Below, piece by piece: positions 25,601 through 38,129 of a stretch of DNA of 64,000 nt. The notes below the pieces were generated by a model, which saw nothing but the letters and a program-made list of their open reading frames with translations, searched no databases and was not told where the DNA came from. The stretch is from assembly GCA_040954595.2 (NCBI GenBank), contig CM082582.2, positions 744,001 to 808,000 on the forward strand. The letters run 5' to 3'. The stretch's first letter is position 1. Every line of letters begins with the position of its first letter. The translations under genes and the position numbers were made by a program. This DNA is from Balanoglossus misakiensis (Eukaryota > Animalia > Hemichordata).

Positions 25601-25990
25601 CTGAAATGAAGCTAAATTCCTTCTATATAATTACCTTACCTCCTGATTAAGCTTAACCCTATTTCCAGCTAATCTCCTTTGCTTCTTTGCTAGCCTGTTT
25701 AGTTGCTTACTGGCCCTGTCGACTAGTCTCCTCTTTGCATCTAATTTCTGCATTTTCTCTCTGTACTGAGCTACCTCTTCCTCACGTCTACGCTTTCTCT
25801 CTCTTGCCCATGCCCCTAGCTTGTATCTATTCTCTGACTTGCTCTTAACCTTTTCTGGCAGTGTCTTTGCAGCTAACTCAGCATCTAACAGCTGTTGAAG
25901 TTGTATGTCTCTAGCTATTTCTCTGGCTTTTTTTTGTTGGACTGCATACTGCCCGATGTCAAAATGGTTTGTCCTTTTCCTGTTAGGCAT
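22605..25990 (-). pseudogene. DDE transposase (~850 aa reconstructed), frameshifted; coding exons 25990-25640 and 24811-22605
   Basis: Motifs VGADGAPFG (D at 24080-24082), PFDQKG (D at 23837-23839), EPLHLKNN and TMEGREAKHQ (E at 22941-22943) parallel RAG1 CDG / YDEK / DALH / EGNESGN. Donor GAG|GTAAGG at 25640 and acceptor AAG|ATT at 24811 join in phase 0. There is a single frame change near 23690 (WSYKQ to AVAKFK). Confidence 0.88.
24843..25412. repeat. 69-bp minisatellite (~8 copies) in the predicted transposase intron
   Basis: Unit GTCATGCCAAGGTCAAACATGGAGGCCATGTCACATGAGCAAGCAATACACATGAATGGAAACCCCAGT. It gives the 23-aa periodicity seen in ORF 24872-25486. Confidence 0.95.
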
Positions 25991-27025
25991 GATTTGAGTT
26001 ATATCCAGAGCACAGCTGGGATGGAGTTACACAATGGAGCATTTCCTAAATGTGAATAAATGTGAAAAGTTGTAGAAAACATAAAAGGTCATCTAGAAAG
26101 CTGTTTCAGTCAAACAGTTCCAAACAGACAGTATTTAATGACGCTACAGAAGACCTGATGATATAAAAGACTGTGTATTTTGCGAAGTACTGGCATACTG
26201 TTGCAAGTACCGGAACATTGATTGAGTATAATCAGCTGCAATCTACGTATATTGCGCGTGGACGCAGTTCCTTCTGTGTGCGTCTGCTTTGCCTAAACGC
26301 TGTACGCGCGCGGCGTTCAAAGCGCTGTCGCAAGAACTCTCTCGTTCAAAATATTTACTCTTACATTTTAGAACGAAAATGATATATCAACATGTTATAT
26401 AGATATCAAGGAACAATCTGCTCGTTTTGGTTTTTTAGGTTCACGCTTCAAACTCGAGAAATCTGCCGATATGTTTTGCCTGACGGTCGACATTTGCGTA
26501 GCTGTGCCATTGTAATCAATGGTAGAGCGACGCGCAGGCAGAACGCGCCAAACTCGATGAATTTCTGCTTGGATCAATTTCTACATATGACCTTTTTGGG
26601 GATAGAAAATCAAAACACTGAGTTACAAACGTCTTAGGAACACTCTCATGGTTTTGAAATTTTGAATAATGCATTAAGATTTGATTTTTTCGGCCGTTTT
26701 TCTGTCTTGGTTGTGGTTGCTATGTTCTTTGTTTACATAGTTACCAATGATAGCGATTTGAAACCAGGTCAGATTTTCAGTGAAATTAAATGAATAGAAA
26801 TCAGAGAATGATGACAATACTAGCTTAAGACCTTAATGAATATGATAACGTGATGTAAACATTTTAAATGCGTTTAATGTCTTGTAATACTTACCGGCAT
26901 TTTCATGTTGTTGTAACTGGCAAACGTTCCATTGCCGGTAACAAATCGCCTCATACATTATTCATGAGGCCATGAAAGTAGGGACGGAAATATCAGACAA
27001 AGATGGCGCACACTGGGCTGTAGTG

Positions 27026-30000
27026 CAGAGCTAGTGGTCAGTGTCGTGCCAATCAATTTTGAGTGTTTGGTGGGGTCAACATATGCGTCAACATTGATTA
27101 GTCAGGCCATGCAGAGCTAGTGGCCAGTGTCGTGCCCATCAATTTTGAGTGTTTGGTGGGGTCAACATTTGCGTCAACATTGATTAGCCAGGCCATGCAG
27201 AGCTAGTGGCCAGTGTCGTGCCCATCAATTTTGAGTGTTTGGTGGGGTCAACCTTTGCGTCAACCTTGATTAGCCAGGCCATGCAGAGCTAGTGGCCAGT
27301 GTCGTGCCCATCAATTTTGAGTGTTTGGTGGGGTCAACCTTTGCGTCAACATTGATTAGCCAGGCCAGGCAGAGCTAGTGGCCAGTGTCTTGCCCATTAA
27401 TTTTGAGTGTTTGGTGGGGTCAACCTTTGCGTCAACATTGATTAGCCAGCCCAGAGCTAGTGGCCAGTGTCGTGCCCATTAATTTTGAGTGTTTGGTGGG
27501 GTCAACCTTTGCGTCAACATTGATTAGCCAGCCCAGAGCTAGTGGCCAGTGTCGTGCCCATTAATTTTGAGTGTTTGGTGGGGTCAACCTTTGCGTCAAC
27601 ATTGATTAGCCAGCCCAGAGCTAGTGGCCAGTGTCGTGCCCATCAATTTTGAGTGTTTGGTGGGGTCAACCCTTGCGTCAACATTGATTAGCCAGGCCAG
27701 AGCTAGTGGCCAGTGTCGTGCCCATCAATTTTGAGTGTTTGGTGGGGTCAACCCTTGCGTCAACATTGATTAGCCAGGCCAGAGCTAGTGGCCAGTGTCG
27801 TGCCCATCAATTTTGAGTGTTTGGTGGGGTAAACCTTTGCGTCAACATTGATTAACCAGGCCATGCAGAGCTAGTGGCCAGTGTCGTGCCCATTAATTTT
27901 GAGTGTTTGGTGGGGTCAACCTTTGCGTCAACATTGATTAACCAGGCCATGCAGAGCTAGTGGCCTGTGTTGTGCCCAATAATTTTGAGTGTTTGGTGGG
28001 GTCAACCTTTGCGTCAACATTGATTAACCAGGCCATGCAGAGCTAGTGGCCAGTGTCGTGCCCATTAATTTTGAGTGTTTGGTGGCGTCGACCTTTGCGT
28101 CAACATTGATTAACCAGGCCATGCAGAGCTAGTGGCCAGTGTCGTGCCCATTAATTTTGAGTGTTTGGTGGCGTCAACCTCTGCGTCAACATTGATTAAC
28201 CAGGCCATGCAGAGCTAGTGGCCAGTGTCGTGCCCATCAATTTTGAGTGTTTGGTGGGGTCAACCTTTGCGTCAACATTGATTAACCAGGCCATGCAGAG
28301 CTAGTGGCCAGTATCGTGCCCATCAATTTTGAGTGTTTGGTGGGGTCAACCTTTGCGTCAACATTGATTAACCAGGCCATGCAGAGCTAGTGGCCAGTGT
28401 CGTGCCCATCAATTTTGAGTGTTTGGTGGGGTCAACATTTGCGTCAACATTGATTAGCCAGGCCATGCAGAGCTAGTGGCCAGTGTCGTGCCCATTAATT
28501 TTGAGTGTTTGGTGGGGTCAACCTTTGCGTCAACATTGATTAGCCAGCCCAGAGCTAGTGGCCAGTGTCGTGCCCATCAATTTTGAGTGTTTGGTGGGGT
28601 CAACCCTTGCGTCAACATTGATTAGCCAGGCCAGAGCTAGTGGCCAGTGTCGTGCCCATCAATTTTGAGTGTTTGGTGGGGTCAACCCTTGCGTCAACAT
28701 TGATTAGCCAGGCCAGAGCTAGTGGCCAGTGTCGTGCCCATCAATTTTGAGTGTTTGGTGGGGTCAACATTTGCGTCAACATTGATTAGCCAGGCCAGAG
28801 CTAGTGGCCAGTGTCGTGCCCATCAATTTTGACTGTTTGGTGGGGTCAACCCTTGCGTCAACATTGATTAGCCAGGCCAGAGCTAGTGGCCAGTGTCGTG
28901 CCCATCAATTTTGAGTGTTTGGTGGGGTCAACCTTTGCGTCAACATTGATTAGCCAGGCCAGAGGTTAGTGGCCAGTGTCGTTCCCATCAATTTTGAGTG
29001 TTTGGTGGGGTCAACCCTTGCGTCAACCTTGATTAGCCAGCCAGAGCTAGTGGCCAGTGTCGTGCCCATCAATTATGAGTGTTTGGTGGTGTCAACCCTT
29101 GCGTCAACATTGATTAGCCAGGCCAGAGCTTAGTGGCCAGTGTCGCGTGTATTAATTTTGAGTGTTTGGTGGGGTCAACCCTTGCGTCAACCTTGAGTAG
29201 CCAGGCCAGAGCTAGTGGCCAGTGTAGTGCCCATCAATTTTGAGTGTTTGGTGGGGTCAACCCTTGCGTCAACATTGATTAGCCAGGCCAGAGCTTAGTG
29301 GCCAGTGTCGCGCGTATTAATTTTGAGTGTTTGCTGGGGTCAACCCTTGCGTCAACATTGATTAGCCAGGCCAGAGCTAGTGGCCAGTGTCGTGCCCATC
29401 AATTTTGAGTGTTTGGTGGGGTCAACCCTTGCGTCAACATTGATTAGCCAGGCCATGCAGAGCTAGTGGCCAGTGTCGTGCCCATCAATTTTGAGTGTTT
29501 GGTGGGGTCAACCTTTGCGTCAACCTTGATTAGCCAGGCCAGAGCTAGTGGCCAGTGTCGTGCCCATCAATTTTGAGTGTTTGGTGGGGTCAACCTTTGC
29601 ATCAACCTTGATTAGCCAGGCCTTGATTAGCCAGGCCATGCAGAGCTAGTGGCCAGTGTCGTGCCCATCAATTTTGAGTGTTTGGTGGGGTCAACCTTTG
29701 CGTCAACCTTGATTAGCCAGGCCATGCAGAGCTAGTGGCCAGTGTCGTGCCCATCAATTTTGAGTGTTTTTGTGGGGTCAACCTTTGCGTCAACCTTGAT
29801 TAGCCAGGCCATGCAGAGCTAGTGGCCAGTGTCGTGCCCATCAATTTTGAGTGTTTGGTGGGGTCAACCTTTGCGTCAACCTTGATTAGCCAGGCCAGAG
29901 CTAGTGGCCAGTGTCGTGCCCATCAATTTTGAGTGTTTGGTGGGGTCAACCTTTGCGTCAACCTTGATTAGCCAGGCCTTGATTAGCCAGGCCATGCAGA

Positions 30001-33000
30001 GCTAGTGGCCAGTGTCGTGCCCATCAATTTTGAGTGTTTGGTGGAGTCAACCTTTGCGTCAACCTTGATTAGCCAGGCCATGCAGAGCTAGTGGCCAGTG
30101 TCGTGCCCATCAATTTTGAGTGTTTTTGTTGGGTCAACCTTTGCGTCAACCTTGATTAGCCAGGCCATGCAGAGCTAGTGGCCAGTGTCGTGCCCATCAA
30201 TTTTGAGTGTTTGGTGGGGTCAACCTTTGCGTCAACCTTGATTAGCCAGGCCATGCAGAGCTAGTGGCCAGTGTCGTGCCCATCAATTTTGAGTGTTTGG
30301 TGGGGTCAACCTTTGCGTCAACCTTGATTAGCCAGGCCATGCAGAGCTAGTGGCCAGTGTCGTGCCCATTAATTTTGAGTGTTTGGTGGGGTCAACCTTT
30401 GCATCAACATTGATTAGCCAGCCCAGAGCTAGTGGCCAGTGTCGTGCCCATTAATTTTGAGTGTTTGGTGGGGTCAACCTTTGCGTCAACATTGATTAGC
30501 CAGCCCAGAGCTAGTGGCCAGTGTCGTGCCCATTAATTTTGAGTGTTTGGTGGGGTCAACCTTTGCGTCAACATTGATTAGCCAGGCCAGGCAGAGCTAG
30601 TGGCCAGTGTCGTGCCCATTAATTTTGAGTGTTTGGTGGGGTCAACCTTTGCGTCAACATTGATTAGCCAGCCCAGAGCTAGTGGCCAGTGTCGTGCCCA
30701 TTAATTTTGAGTGTTTGGTGGGGTCAACCTTTGCGTCAACCTTGATTAGCCAGGCCAGAGCTAGTGGCCAGTGTCGTGCCCATCAATTTTGAGTGTTTGG
30801 TGGGGTCAACCTTTGCGTCAACCTTGATTAGCCAGGCCTTGATTAGCCAGGCCATGCAGAGCTAAAGGCCAGTGTCGTGCCCATCAATTTTGAGTGTTTG
30901 GTGGGGTCAATCTTTGCGTCAACCTTGATTAGCCAGGCCATGCAGAGCTAGTGGCCAGTGTCGTGCCCATCAATTTTGAGTGTTTGGTGGAGTCAACCTT
31001 TGCGTCAACCTTGATTAGCCAGGCCATGCAGAGCTAGTGGCCAGTGTCGTGCCCATCAATTTTGAGTGTTTGGTGGGGTCAACCTTTGCGTCAACCTTGA
31101 TTAGCCAGGCCATGCAGAGCTAGTGGCCAGTGTCGTGCCCATCAATTTTGAGTGTTTGGTGGGGTCAACCTTTGCGTCAACATTGATTAGCCAGGCCATG
31201 CAGAGCTAGTGGCCAGTGTCGTGCCCATCAATTTTGAGTGTTTGGTGGGGTCAACCTTTGCGTCAACATTGATTAGCCAGGCCATGCAGAGCTAGTGGCC
31301 AGTGTCGTGCCCATCAATTTTGAGTGTTTGGTGGGGTCAATCTTTGCGTCAACCTTGATTAGCCAGGCCATGCAGAGCTAGTGGCCAGTGTCGTGCCCAT
31401 CAATTTTGAGTGTTTGGTGGGGTCAACCTTTGCGTCAACCTTGATTAGCCTGGCCATGCAGAGCTAGTGGCCTGTGTCGTGCCCATCAATTTTGAGTGTT
31501 TTTGTGGGGTCAACCTTTGCGTCAACCTTGATTAGCCAGGCCATGCAGAGCTAGTGGCCAGTGTCATGCCCATCAATTTTGAGTGTTTGGTGGGGTCAAC
31601 CTTTGCGTCAACCTTGATAAGCCAGGCCATGCAGAGCTAGTGGCCAGTGTCGTGCCCATCAATTTTGAGTGTTTGGTGGGGTCAACCTTTGCGTCAACCT
31701 TGATTAACCAGGCCATGCAGAGCTAGTGGCCAGTGTCGTGCCCATCAATTTTGAGTGTTTGGTGGGGTCAACCTTTGCGTCAACATTGATTAAACAGGCC
31801 ATGCAGAGCTAGTGGCCAGTGTCGTGCCCATCAATTTTGAGTGTTTGGTGGGGTCAACCTTTGCGTCAACATTGATTAGCCAGGCCATGCAGAGCTAGTG
31901 GCCAGTGTCGTGCCCATCAATTTTGAGTGTTTGGTGGGGTCAACCTTTGCGTCAACATTGATTAGCCAGGCCATGCAGAGCTAGTGGCCAGTGTCGTGCC
32001 CATCAATTTTGAGTGTTTGGTGGGGTCAACCTTTGCGTCAACCTTGATTAGCCAGGCCATGCAGAGCTAGTGGCCAGTGTCGTGCCCATCAATTTTGAGT
32101 GTTTGGTGGGGTCAACCTTTGCGTCAACCCTGATTAACCAGGCCATGCAGAGCTAGTGGCCAGTGTCGTGCCCATCAATTTTGAGTGTTTGGTGAGGTCA
32201 ACCTTTGCGTCAACATTGATTAACCAGGCCATGCAGAGCTAGTGGCCAGTGTCGTGCCCATTAATTTTGAGTGTTTGGTGGGGTCAACCTTTGCGTCAAC
32301 ATTGATTAGCCAGGCCAGGCAGAGCTAGTGGCCAGTGTCGTGCCCATTAATTTTGAGTGTTTGGTGGGGTCAACCTTTGCGTCAACATTGATTAGCCAGC
32401 CCAGAGCTAGTGGCCAGTGTCGTGCCCATTAATTTTGAGTGTTTGGTGGGGTCAACCTTTGCGTCAACCTTGATTACCCAGGCCAGAGCTAGTGGCCAGT
32501 GTCGTGCCCATCAATTTTGAGTGTTTGGTGGGGTCAACCTTTGCGTCAACCTTGATTAGCCAGGCCTTGATTAGCCAGGCCATGCAGAGCTAGTGGCCAG
32601 TGTCGTGCCCATCAATTTTGAGTGTTTGGTGGGGTCAATCTTTGCGTCAACCTTGATTAGCGAGGCCATGCAGAGCTAGTGGCCAGTGTCGTGCCCATCA
32701 ATTTTGAGTGTTTGGTGGAGTCAACCTTTGCGTCGACCTTGATTAGCCAGGCCATGCAGAGCTAGTGGCCAGTGTCGTGCCCATCAATTTTGAGTGTTTG
32801 GTGGGGTCAACCTTTGCGTCAACCCTGATTAACCAGGCCATGCAGAGCTAGTGGCCAGTGTCGTGCCCATCAATTTTGAGTGTTTGGTGGGGTCAACCTT
32901 TGCGTCAACATTGATTAACCAGGCCATGCAGAGCTAGTGGCCAGTGTCGTGCCCATCAATTTTGAGTGTTTGGTGGGGTCAACCTTTGCGTCAACCTTGA

Positions 33001-34398
33001 TTAGCCAGGCCATGCAGAGCTAGTGGCCAGTGTCGTGCCCATCAATTTTGAGTGTTTGGTGGGGTCAACCTTTGCGTCAACCTTGATTAGCCAGGCCATG
33101 CAGAGCTAGTGGCCAGTGTCGTGCCCATCAATTTTGAGTGTTTGGTGGGGTCAACCTTTGCGTCAACCCTGATTAACCAGGCCATGCAGAGCTAGTGGCC
33201 AGTGTCGTGCCCATCAATTTTGAGTGTTTGGTGAGGTCAACCTTTGCGTCAACATTGATTAACCAGGCCATGCAGAGCTAGTGGCCAGTGTCGTGCCCAT
33301 CAATTTTGAGTGTTTGGTGGGGTCAACCTTTGCGTCAACATTGATTAACCAGGCCATGCAGAGCTAGTGGCCAGTGTCGTGCCCATCAATTTTGAGTGTT
33401 TGGTGGGGTCAACCTTTGCGTCAACATTGATTAACCAGGCCATGCAGAGGTAGTGGCCAGTGTCGTGCCCATCAATTTTGAGTGTTTGGTGGGGTCAACC
33501 TTTGCGTCAACATTGATTAACCAGGCCATGCAGAGCTAGTGGCCAGTGTCGTGCCCATCAATTTTGAGTGTTTGGTGGGGTCAACCTTTGCGTCAACATT
33601 GATTAACCAGGCCATGCAGAGCTAGTGGCCAGTGTCGTGCCCATCAATTTTGAGTGTTTGGTGGGGTCAACCTTTGCGTCAACATTGATTAACCAGGCCA
33701 TGCAGAGCTAGTGGCCAGTGTCGTGCCCATCAATTTTGAGTGTTTGGTGGGGTCAACCTTTGCGTCAACATTGATTAACCAGGCCATGCAGAGCTAGTGG
33801 CCAGTGTCGTGCCCATCAATTTTGAGTGTTTGGTGGGGTCAACCTTTGCGTCAACATTGATTAACCAGGCCATGCAGAGCTAGTGGCCAGTGTCGTGCCC
33901 ATCAATTTTGAGTGTTTGGTGGGGTCAACCTTTGCGTCAACATTGATTAACCAGGCCATGCAGAGCTAGTGGCCAGTGTCGTGCCCATCAATTTTGAGTG
34001 TTTGGTGGGGTCAACCTTTGCGTCAACATTGATTAACCAGGCCATGCAGAGCTAGCGGCCAGTGTCGTGCCCATCAATTTTGAGTGTTTGGTGGGGTCAA
34101 CCTTTGCGTCAACATTGATTAACCAGGCCATGCAGAGCTAGCGGCCAGTGTCGTGCCCATTAATTTTGAGTGTTTGGTGGGGTCAACCTTTGCGTCAACA
34201 TTGATTAACCAGGCCATGCAGAGCTAGTGGCCAGTGTCGTGCCCATTAATTTTGAGTGTTTGGTGGGGTCAACCTTTGCGTCAACATTGATTAACCAGGC
34301 CATGCAGAGCTAGCGGCCAGTGTCGTGCCCATCAATTTTGAGTGTTTGGTGGGGTCAACCTTTGCGTCAACATTGATTAACCAGGCCATGCAGAGCTA
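27026..34398. repeat. 86-bp tandem satellite (with ~82-bp variants), roughly 85-90 copies, 7.4 kb
   Basis: Unit CAGAGCTAGTGGCCAGTGTCGTGCCCATCAATTTTGAGTGTTTGGTGGGGTCAACCTTTGCGTCAACATTGATTAGCCAGGCCATG; the first two units start at 27026 and 27112. Confidence 0.99.
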
Positions 34399-34989
34399 CA
34401 TGTATGTTGCCTGTAAGGCACACATCTCCAATTGGTACATTGGGCCTATCATACTGTACATGTACAACTAGGAAAATGTACTTCATCATATTTCCATATT
34501 CAGCAGCTTCAAGAACATGTTGCCTTCTCTATATGAATGTTTAGACTAAAAAGAAGTATAAGAAGAATAAAGTTGTCCAATTATTGTTGGCAGGGGGTGG
34601 GGTGTGTGCTCCCATACAAATGTATATGGGTATGTACTCTTTAAGAAAAACCTTCATATGCAAGAGAAAAATGGTAAATGACAAAGAAAATTTGACTGGT
34701 ATTACAATAGGTCGGGTTTTTGGCATTTACACATATTGATGTTATCAACCGGGAAGCACACTACGTGCTGAAAATAATTGGAGACCTCTCGCCCGGGGTG
34801 TCGGCCAGTGGCCACATACATTTCCAGTCCTAAACCTTGCATCAGTTCTGTGGTGCGGATTAAGAAATAAGATTGGCGCTACAATATGCCCACTTAGTTT
34901 GAAATGGATTCTGCATATACATGTAAACACATTGAAAATGAGATATTACACATATAATCATGGGACAAGAAGGGCAAAAATTAAATTAT

Positions 34990-35830
34990 CCAGCAGGTGT
35001 TCGAATTATGCAAATTAGAACAGTTGTCTAATATTGCCATGTCAACCACGTTGAAATTGTTTTAGGTACCCATATTAATTAAAACCGTGAAAATGCGATA
35101 TTACACACCATATAAGACAAACCAGGGAAATTTACATGTTAGAGAAGTTTGTCGGCCATTTGGATTATGCAAATTAGAACAGTTGTCTAATATTGCCATG
35201 TCAACCACGCTGAAATTGTTTTAGTTACCCATATTGATGAAAACCCTGCAAATGCGATTTTAGGCACCATATAAGACAAAACAGGGAAATTTACATTTAA
35301 GAAGAGTTTGGTGGCCATTTTGGATTATGCAAATTAGAACAGCTGTCTAATATTGCCATGTCAACGACGTTGAAATTGTTTTAGGTACCCATATTGATGA
35401 AAACCCTGCAAATGCGATATTACACTCTATTAAAGACAACCATAGTAAATTTACATGTTAGAGAAGTTTGTCGGCCATTCTAGATTATGCAAATTAGAAC
35501 AGCTGTCTAACATTGCAATGTCAACCACGTTGAAATTGTTTTAGGTACCTATATTGATGAAAACCCTTCAAATGCGATACTACACGCTTTTTAAGACGAC
35601 CATAGGAAATTTACATGTTAGAGGAGTTTGGCGGCCATTTTGGACTATGCAAATGAGAAGAGTTGAACAAAAAATGCCATATTTGCAATGCTGTTGTCTT
35701 GTTTTGGGTGCCTATGTTAAGGCTTGAAAATGAAAGCTTATTCACCATTTTGGCACAAACAGTGGCGAGAAGGTGTTCCAATGTAACTTAGAAGAGTTGC
35801 CATATTTGCAATACAGTTATATTGTTTAAG
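34990..35830 (+). repeat. ~160-bp tandem repeat, ~5 copies; inverted counterpart at ~62030-62430 and diverged copies at ~63640-63960
   Basis: TATGCAAATTAGAACAG(T/C)TGTCTAATATTGCCATGTCAAC recurs at ~35007, 35165, 35325 and 35485, with a degenerate copy at ~35646. Confidence 0.9.
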
Positions 35831-38129
35831 GTATGAATGCAAATCCTGAATATTAGATTTATAACAATTTCATTGGAAAGAACATTTGTAGGTTCATCAT
35901 TGACCCCATAGGACTGTCAACTCAACTACAGACAGTCTCGATGAACACAAGACATGATCCCAATTTGCAAGCTGAGTTGAAACTGACTGCTGCAGTAACT
36001 TTAGCTCTGGGAATGTCTTGTGTGATTTAAAGCAATTGATGACCAAATTTAACACAGTTTCTCTGAGGTAACCACTTAGCTTTCGTGACTGGTTGTTTAA
36101 GAATCCAAAAAACATGAATTCTACCCAATGAATTCAACCCATAGAATTTCACAACTGTAACAGAGTTTGCAGTCATGCACAAAAGTGTGTATCATACACA
36201 TAAGAAATTTCTCACATGTATTTTTATGATGGCAATGCATTTGACTGTAAACAAACATTGACATCAGTCAGTAGCGCTATTTTGTCAGTGAAATGGCTTC
36301 ATCATCATCCCTCCAACCAAAGTTGAAACTGAGTTGCAAATATTGCACAGCTTGAAATCATAAATTGTTGCAAAATTGAACCAACAGTTCGGTCAATGAT
36401 CAAGTTCTTACAGCTATTATTACAACCAGACAATCTCAGTGAACAAGAGACATGGGCCTTATTTGCAAGTCGAGTTAGAACTGCCTTTGCCTGCCCACGG
36501 ACGCCCCAGTTTCAGCAAAAATTATTGCATTAAAATGTGAGTATGGAGAACTATGCTCTGTGTTCCTTTTGTTAGCTTACATAGCTGTTGTCATTCTAGT
36601 TTTTCCTCTGTCCTGTGAACAGAGTTTCAGTTGCGAAAACCGACAGTTCTCAAAGTACAAAAGTACACCTAAATTGCCTCGGTGATGAGCATGCAGAATT
36701 TATCTGATGCTTTTTACTGGCAGAAGGACCCCACCAGTTGCAGATTGTCAATTCCATGGCACAAGGGAATTTACGCTTTGCGTTCAAATATAAAAAATTA
36801 AAACCTGTTTAATTTTTCTATAGGTTCTTTAGTGATGATTCAAAAGTATTATAACTGCTAGTGTGATTAATATTCTATTTTCAAAATGTGTTTCTCTTAA
36901 TGATTATGAATACATCAAAATTTATGCTTTAAAATTATATCATTTTACCTGAAATATTGCAAATATTTGGAGGGTTGCATTTAATTTGAAGTTCTCGATC
37001 AAAGTTTTAGGCATAAAAAAGGTGCTACACCCCCGAAAAATTGGTAGCTATGAATTCAATTCAAAGAGTGTTGTAATGTCTGTTTTGCAACAGGGTGCCA
37101 GTTCAACAAAGCGCATGAGGATAGTAAATCACCTTTGTGAATTTTGTGCACCACAGTAAGAATTCCCTAGAAACTGCAAACTAAATTGCAAAGCAATCAG
37201 ACAAAAATGGCAGAAATTGCCAAAAAAAAAAAAAAACAATATTGTCACTTCCATCACTGGGTTTGTTAAATTGTCATAAAATCACACCTAAGAACATGCA
37301 AACCAAATTTTAAAAAAAATGTGGGTAGAGGTTTCTGAGTATATGACGACCAAAATCACCCCAAAAATATACTTCAAAAATGAAAAACAAAATCTGTATA
37401 AAGTCTCAATAACATAAATACACACCAATTTCTAAAGCAATCTGACCAGTACCTTCTTGAGTTTCTGAGTTTAGAACAATTTCACATTGGTCCCAATGGT
37501 ATATTGACATATACGAAATTGGACCTAAAGAGTAAAACACATTTCAAAGATTTTACAATTAAAGCCTCACAAGCTGCCAAATTTTACACATCTTTTTCCA
37601 CAATAACATTTTTCAAATCATCCACCTATCCTTTAAAATCAGCAACATTGAGCCATATTACTTGAATTTGCATGGGGTTTGTCATCTCTCTGCGATGTGT
37701 ACCCTCCATATGGAGGCTGATTAAAACAGGTGTGGCGCTCGTTTAATATCTGACTTTTTTAAATGGCAACATACAGGCACATTCATTAGTCAATAAAATG
37801 TTCATGTATACCTATCAGTCAGTTTGTTTAGATGAACAAATCTAAGATGGAAAGTAATATCATGAAAATACTGAAAGATTGGAAACTCTGAGTTTGAGTC
37901 TAAGGATAACAAGGGAACCTCTCTGCTATTTGAAGCACCAAAGCTATGAAAAACTTCCTTCTTTCCCTCAAATATTTTTTATGAATATGTTCTACTCCGT
38001 GATTAAAATTTCCCTTTTACCAAATGTACATATGTAAGAGACGAGATTTTTTCAGGAAAATTTCAAATGGCCTAGGGTGACTTTTTACCTACTTACCCAT
38101 ATTGGGTAGCATGAAACACAGAATGGCAT

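Larger units (their letters stand above)
21459..27025 (-). mobile_element. Two-gene DDE DNA transposon of the RAG1/Transib/Chapaev (CMC-Transib) group, 5567 bp
   Basis: Ends are CACTGCGGCCCAG... (21459) and ...CTGGGCTGTAGTG (27025), with a second matching inner box TTTGTCnGnTATT. CAG lies on both flanks (21456-21458, 27026-27028). It contains a transposase gene on - and a convergent ORF on +. Confidence 0.9.

Noticed and set aside
26895-26910. Upstream coding exon ATGAAAATGCCG|GTAAGT of the transposase
   Set aside because: The donor is plausible, but splicing to the acceptors near 26045 or 26015 is not in frame with the ATG at 25990; it is likely 5'UTR.
27026-34398. CRISPR-like array next to a nuclease gene
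   Set aside because: Units are head-to-tail near-identical monomers with no unique spacers, and there are no cas genes; the context is eukaryotic.
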